A stretch of DNA of 30,265 nucleotides from Thaumarchaeota archaeon UBA160. GTDB taxonomy: Archaea; Thermoproteota; Nitrososphaeria; Conexivisphaerales; UBA164. The notes under the pieces are model-generated. The model searched no databases and was not told where the DNA came from. It was given only the letters and a program-made list of their open reading frames with translations. Of this stretch, positions 26,947-30,265 are shown piece by piece (position 1 is the first letter of the stretch; every line of letters begins with the position of its first letter). Made by a program: the position numbers and the translations under genes. The stretch is from assembly GCA_002506605.1 (NCBI GenBank), contig DAXX01000067.1, forward strand, positions 1-30,265. The letters run 5' to 3'.

Positions 26947-27828
26947 ATGAAAGTAGGTTTTATTGGGTTGGGCATTATGGGTTCTTCAATGGCGTACAAC
27001 ATATTTAAAGGCGGATATGACCTTATCGTTTACAACAGAACAGAGTCAAAAACAAAAATCTTTAAAGAAGCAGGGGTTCCAGTTGCAAAAACACCTAGAG
27101 AAGTTGCTGAAAAAAGTGACGTTGTTATTATTATGGTAACAGACGCTCCTGACGTGGAAAGCGTCATTTTTGGGGAAAATGGCATTATCGGTGGCGCTCA
27201 CGAAGGGCTCATAGTAATTGATATGAGCACAAATTCTCCTGAATATGCTGAAAGGTTCGCGAGCGAGCTTGCAAAGCTTAAAGTGGAGTTTCTTGACGCG
27301 CCTGTTACTGGAGGGGATGTTGGGGCCAAAGAAGGTAAGCTTACCATAATGGTAGGAGGAAAAAAGGAAGTATTTGAAAGAATTAGGCCGATTTTTGAAA
27401 CTATGGGTAAATTGATAATTTATGCGGGACCTGTTGGATCTGGGCAAAAGATGAAGCTTGTTAACCAGATAGCTGTTGCACTTTCTGACGTAGCCATGAT
27501 AGAAGCTATAGAGCTAGCCAAATTTTTTAACATTGATATAGAGCAAGTTTATAAGGTCCTAAGTACAGGAGGTGCAAGATCCTTCACGATAGAATCATAT
27601 ATGCCTAGGCTTATGAAAGGGGACATGGAACCTGGATTTAAGCTTTCCCATTTGAGAAAAGATATTGGATATGCTCTTGAGGAAGCAAAAAAAGAAAAGA
27701 TTCCACTATTTGCAACGTCTTTAACCTATCAGATGCTATTATCTGCAGAAAATCTTGGATATGGAGAAAAAGGCATACAAGCGCTTATAAAGCTTTACGA
27801 AACGCTTTCTAAAGAAAAACGCGCTTAA
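26947..27828 (+). CDS. NAD(P)-dependent oxidoreductase, 3-hydroxyisobutyrate dehydrogenase / tartronate semialdehyde reductase family
   Basis: MKVGFIGLGIMG, YNRT, DMST, DAPVTGG, MVGG, GSGQKMKLVNQ, GF..HLRKD. ATG 26947 preferred. Confidence 0.92.
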   Translation: MKVGFIGLGIMGSSMAYNIFKGGYDLIVYNRTESKTKIFKEAGVPVAKTPREVAEKSDVVIIMVTDAPDVESVIFGENGIIGGAHEGLIVIDMSTNSPEYAERFASELAKLKVEFLDAPVTGGDVGAKEGKLTIMVGGKKEVFERIRPIFETMGKLIIYAGPVGSGQKMKLVNQIAVALSDVAMIEAIELAKFFNIDIEQVYKVLSTGGARSFTIESYMPRLMKGDMEPGFKLSHLRKDIGYALEEAKKEKIPLFATSLTYQMLLSAENLGYGEKGIQALIKLYETLSKEKRA

Positions 27829-28020
27829 CCTTATCGTTTTAGATTCTTTTATAAGCTACATTATTAATATAATTCTAGAGTACGCTTTTATTCTAAGAGG
27901 AGGGGTTAAAGAATTGAAGCCTACTTTTGTAAAGTAGGAATGTATAACTTCCTTTGTGAACGATTCTTTTTGGATCAATGTCAAATATTAAAAAGAACGC
28001 AATGATCAGGCAAAAAGGAA

Positions 28021-28215
28021 ACCTTGCAGAAAATAAAGCTTTACGAGACAAAAACTTATGAGCTAAAGTTTGGTAGGATGCGGTTCAGTCCTTATAATAT
28101 TGAAAGAAAAGCCTTGCCAGCGGACGACGAGATGCTCTGGGATTATTGCGCCTAAACCTGCATGCTGAATACATGAAAAGAATTATTTGAATGTAAGCGT
28201 GTATATGAACCTATA
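28021..28215 (+). mobile_element. Decayed tnpB 3'-end remnant, family 2, copy B
   Basis: Repeat of copy A. Upstream frame reads KIKLYETKTYELKFG..SPYNIERKALPA, resembling an eroded TnpB C-terminus (zinc ribbon, N.I.K.ALPA). Confidence 0.5.
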
Positions 28216-28246
28216 AGCTTTGATAGCTAGTCAGGGTAATTTATTT

Positions 28247-28321
28247 CGGGCCCGGCGGGATTCGAACCCGCGACCTTCGGCTCCGGAGGCCGACGCTCTA
28301 TCCTGGCTGAGCTACGGGCCC
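28247..28321 (-). tRNA. tRNA-Arg (anticodon CCG), intronless, CCA not encoded
   Basis: GGGCCCG/CGGGCCC acceptor stem, D arm AGCTCAGCCAGGATAGAGC, anticodon arm TCGGC-CTCCGGA-GCCGA, T loop GGTTCGAATCC, discriminator G. Confidence 0.97.
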
Positions 28322-28839
28322 TTTATAACCGTTATAAGTTCCATATATCCATATACATTATTAACAAAATCCTTCAGTTTAAATATTGGTACGATAGGCA
28401 CATTATATAAGATTTTGAATTCGCTCTCATATAATGTGACTATTAAAGGTATGATCTGTTTTTTAGAAAAGGTCAATGTAGAAGTTAAAAGTAAAGCCCT
28501 AGCTTTTTGCGCATTAACGCTCTTCTTTAAAGAAGAAGACGGCATCCTTTTCCAGTGTTTGCAGTCTACAGCAAAAACTAAATTTTGATTGTATGCAACA
28601 ACATCTATCTCCTTTCTGTTTATTCTAAAGTTAGTTAGTGTCAAATATCCAATACTTTGAAATATGATTTCAGTTAATTTTTCAAAGGATTTCCAGTTTA
28701 GTTTAGTTGCTAGCTCCTCTATTGAAATCCTTTTTGAAAAAAACGATTCTAAAAGTTTGTTGTCAGGAATGGCTTGCCTTATAGCTTTTATAGTATCTTC
28801 ATCAAAGCTTTCTGGCCATGACGTAAGCGTCTTCACCAT
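28312..28839 (-). CDS. Mrr-like / restriction-endonuclease-fold PD-(D/E)xK protein
   Basis: WKSFEKL (helix Glu), EIDVVA, VDCKHW. The start is uncertain because it overlaps ard1 by 38 nt. Confidence 0.75.
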   Translation of the reverse strand: MVKTLTSWPESFDEDTIKAIRQAIPDNKLLESFFSKRISIEELATKLNWKSFEKLTEIIFQSIGYLTLTNFRINRKEIDVVAYNQNLVFAVDCKHWKRMPSSSLKKSVNAQKARALLLTSTLTFSKKQIIPLIVTLYESEFKILYNVPIVPIFKLKDFVNNVYGYMELITVIKGP

Positions 28840-29281
28840 CGCTATAATAGTATTCGATTGTTCTGACCTTTACAAAGTTTAATTTTTCATAAACCCTTAT
28901 TGCTTCCTCATTTGTAACTCTGACTTCAAGATAAACTTCTTGGCATCCCCTGCCTTTCATTCTTTCAATGGCTGTCTGTAGTAATGCTGTGCCTAATCCC
29001 TTCCTTCTATGCTCTGGCAAAACTGCTATTGAAACTACATGCCCCTGCTTTACTATTGAAAAGCCAAAATGTGAAAGCCCTCTTTCTATCCTGTTCATTA
29101 TATATCCTACCGCGTTCTTATCAAGCCATGCTATAAGAAAACCTTCGGGGAAATTTCTATAAATTTCCATATAAAATTCAAAAGTGTAGTGTTCAGGCAA
29201 AGTCTTTTCATTTATTTTCACCGCTTCTAATACATCGTCCGGATTAGCTTCACGTATTTCATACGCTCCAACTTTTATCAA
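28802..29281 (-). CDS. ard1: Archaeal N-terminal protein acetyltransferase (Ard1/RimI, GNAT)
   Basis: INEKTLPEHY, GYIM.RIE.G, GHVVSIAVLPEHRRKGLG, YLEVRVTN, YYSDGEDAYVM. Confidence 0.92.
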   Translation of the reverse strand: MIKVGAYEIREANPDDVLEAVKINEKTLPEHYTFEFYMEIYRNFPEGFLIAWLDKNAVGYIMNRIERGLSHFGFSIVKQGHVVSIAVLPEHRRKGLGTALLQTAIERMKGRGCQEVYLEVRVTNEEAIRVYEKLNFVKVRTIEYYYSDGEDAYVMARKL

Positions 29282-29333
29282 CGCTCTAATAATTTACATG
29301 CATATATTTAATAAGCTTTTATAATTAAGTGCA

Positions 29334-30008
29334 TCAAACAGGGCCTGGATTACATAAATTAAGATATGGACACTTTCTGCATTCCCAGATTTTTCCGTTT
29401 TGGTAAGATTCAGGTGGCGGTGGTGAGTTAATCGAGATATAATAATCAAGCATAGCTACTCTTTCGTAAAGCTTTTTCATCATTTCATCATTTTTTATTA
29501 TTTTAAAAACTCTGATTTCTCCACTTCTTTTGTTCCAATAAAGCAAATATCCTTCTTCAAATTTTAAAGCCTGCATATATGCATGCAACTGCAACATATG
29601 GCTTTCATAGGGGCTATCTGGTATTTTACTAGCGCTTTTAACTTCTATAAGGTACTTTTTTCCCTCGATGTCAGCAATTATAATATCTATCCTTCCGCTA
29701 AGTTTTATTTTGTCTGTTAGTTCGAGGCTTATCTTTTCTTCAACGCTTTCTACCTTCACTATTTCTCCAAACGCTTTAGCAACCAATTCGTGAACTCCTT
29801 TTCCAGTCATAAATATGGCCAGTTCTTCAGAGGTTACAGATTCTCCCACAGTATAAATATAAAACTGCTTTCTAAGGCAAGATCCTATATATGAAGGGTA
29901 ATATATACCTTTTGTTGTTTGATGTTCAGATTTTTCCTTTCTCCAAAGAGAGGTAAGTCCATCTTTCAATAGGCGTTCCAGCTTATTTTCCTCGGGATCT
30001 TTGCTCAT
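29334..30008 (-). CDS. cas4: Solo Cas4-like PD-(D/E)xK exonuclease with Fe-S staple
   Basis: YPSYIGSCLRK (Cys1), GKGVHE, GRIDII, IEVKS, QLHAY, and C-terminal ECRKCPYLNLC (Cys2-4). No cas1/cas2 or array in the window. Confidence 0.85.
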   Translation of the reverse strand: MSKDPEENKLERLLKDGLTSLWRKEKSEHQTTKGIYYPSYIGSCLRKQFYIYTVGESVTSEELAIFMTGKGVHELVAKAFGEIVKVESVEEKISLELTDKIKLSGRIDIIIADIEGKKYLIEVKSASKIPDSPYESHMLQLHAYMQALKFEEGYLLYWNKRSGEIRVFKIIKNDEMMKKLYERVAMLDYYISINSPPPPESYQNGKIWECRKCPYLNLCNPGPV

Positions 30009-30072
30009 TGAACGAAAATTATTTGAACCGAAACTTATAAATTGTGCTTTTAACTTAACGGAATGTTAAATA

Positions 30073-30252
30073 GGCAAAACCCCTGATCCGAAAGGAAAAA
30101 ATAAATGGCGCGTTATTTGCCAAAAATGCTTTTATAAGAAATCAAAAATTTAGTAACAATATGCCTGCGGGACGCGGGCGAAAAGCTAGCTGACATATAA
30201 CTCCAAAGGCGCGAGCTCTCTGTATGAAGCGAGAAACACCAACAAGCAGTAC
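30073..30252 (+). mobile_element. Decayed IS200/IS605 (tnpB) 3'-end / omegaRNA-like remnant, family 1, copy 2
   Basis: 64/74 identity to 1342-1415. Upstream frames give WRVICQKCFYK and MPAGRG (TnpB-like tail). Ends TATGAAGCGAGAAACACC..AAGCAGTAC. Confidence 0.6.
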
Positions 30253-30265
30253 GCTGACTTCCTCC

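Noticed and set aside
23603-28321. Integrated element at tRNA-Arg
   Set aside because: No integrase and no duplicated tRNA 3' segment (att site) visible; the enclosed genes are metabolic.
28220-28588. 122-aa plus-strand ORF
   Set aside because: Antisense shadow of tRNA-Arg and the nuclease gene; RARRDSNPRP is the classic reverse-tRNA translation.
95-29162. Numerous 60-133 aa ORFs nested in or antisense to long genes (e.g. 95-304, 6158-6412, 11527-11841, 15155-15415, 15333-15551, 18861-19178, 27046-27447)
   Set aside because: They overlap well-supported genes, have atypical composition and show no motifs. Those at 15155-15551 are antisense to lysW.
1-30265. CRISPR array near cas4
   Set aside because: No regularly spaced 24-40 nt repeats seen. 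The repeats found are dispersed two-copy elements of 74-83 nt.

Overview
Low-GC (roughly 35% by eye) archaeal core-genome window. Gene content (LysW arg/lys cluster, thermosome, AGOG, split MetE, UDP-sulfoquinovose synthase, a PolD DP2 homologue) suggests a thermophilic TACK-group archaeon, possibly a deep-branching Nitrososphaerota relative; this is inference. In order: 3' part of pheS; a minus-strand run of AMP phosphorylase, AGOG glycosylase and a tandem PHI/SIS protein; a shortened, heavily eroded PolD large subunit (DP2); a small orphan; split MetE; nep1; thermosome; an ACT-domain protein divergent from an 11-gene LysW-dependent arginine/lysine cluster; a HAD phosphatase; an M50 protease homologue lacking a zinc ligand; UDP-sulfoquinovose synthase; a HIBADH-family reductase; tRNA-Arg(CCG); an Mrr-like nuclease; Ard1; and a solo Cas4. 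The top observation is the DP2 homologue. It has lost the catalytic RRNCDGDED motif and most of its N-terminal domain but keeps all three zinc modules and the C-terminal PIP box, so it is a candidate non-catalytic replisome scaffold or an intermediate in PolD loss. Second, at least four gene-less intergenic relics resemble IS200/IS605 tnpB 3' ends (omegaRNA region) and fall into two sequence families. No CRISPR array, rRNA, integrase or intact transposase is visible. All family assignments are by motif recognition from memory, without database searches.
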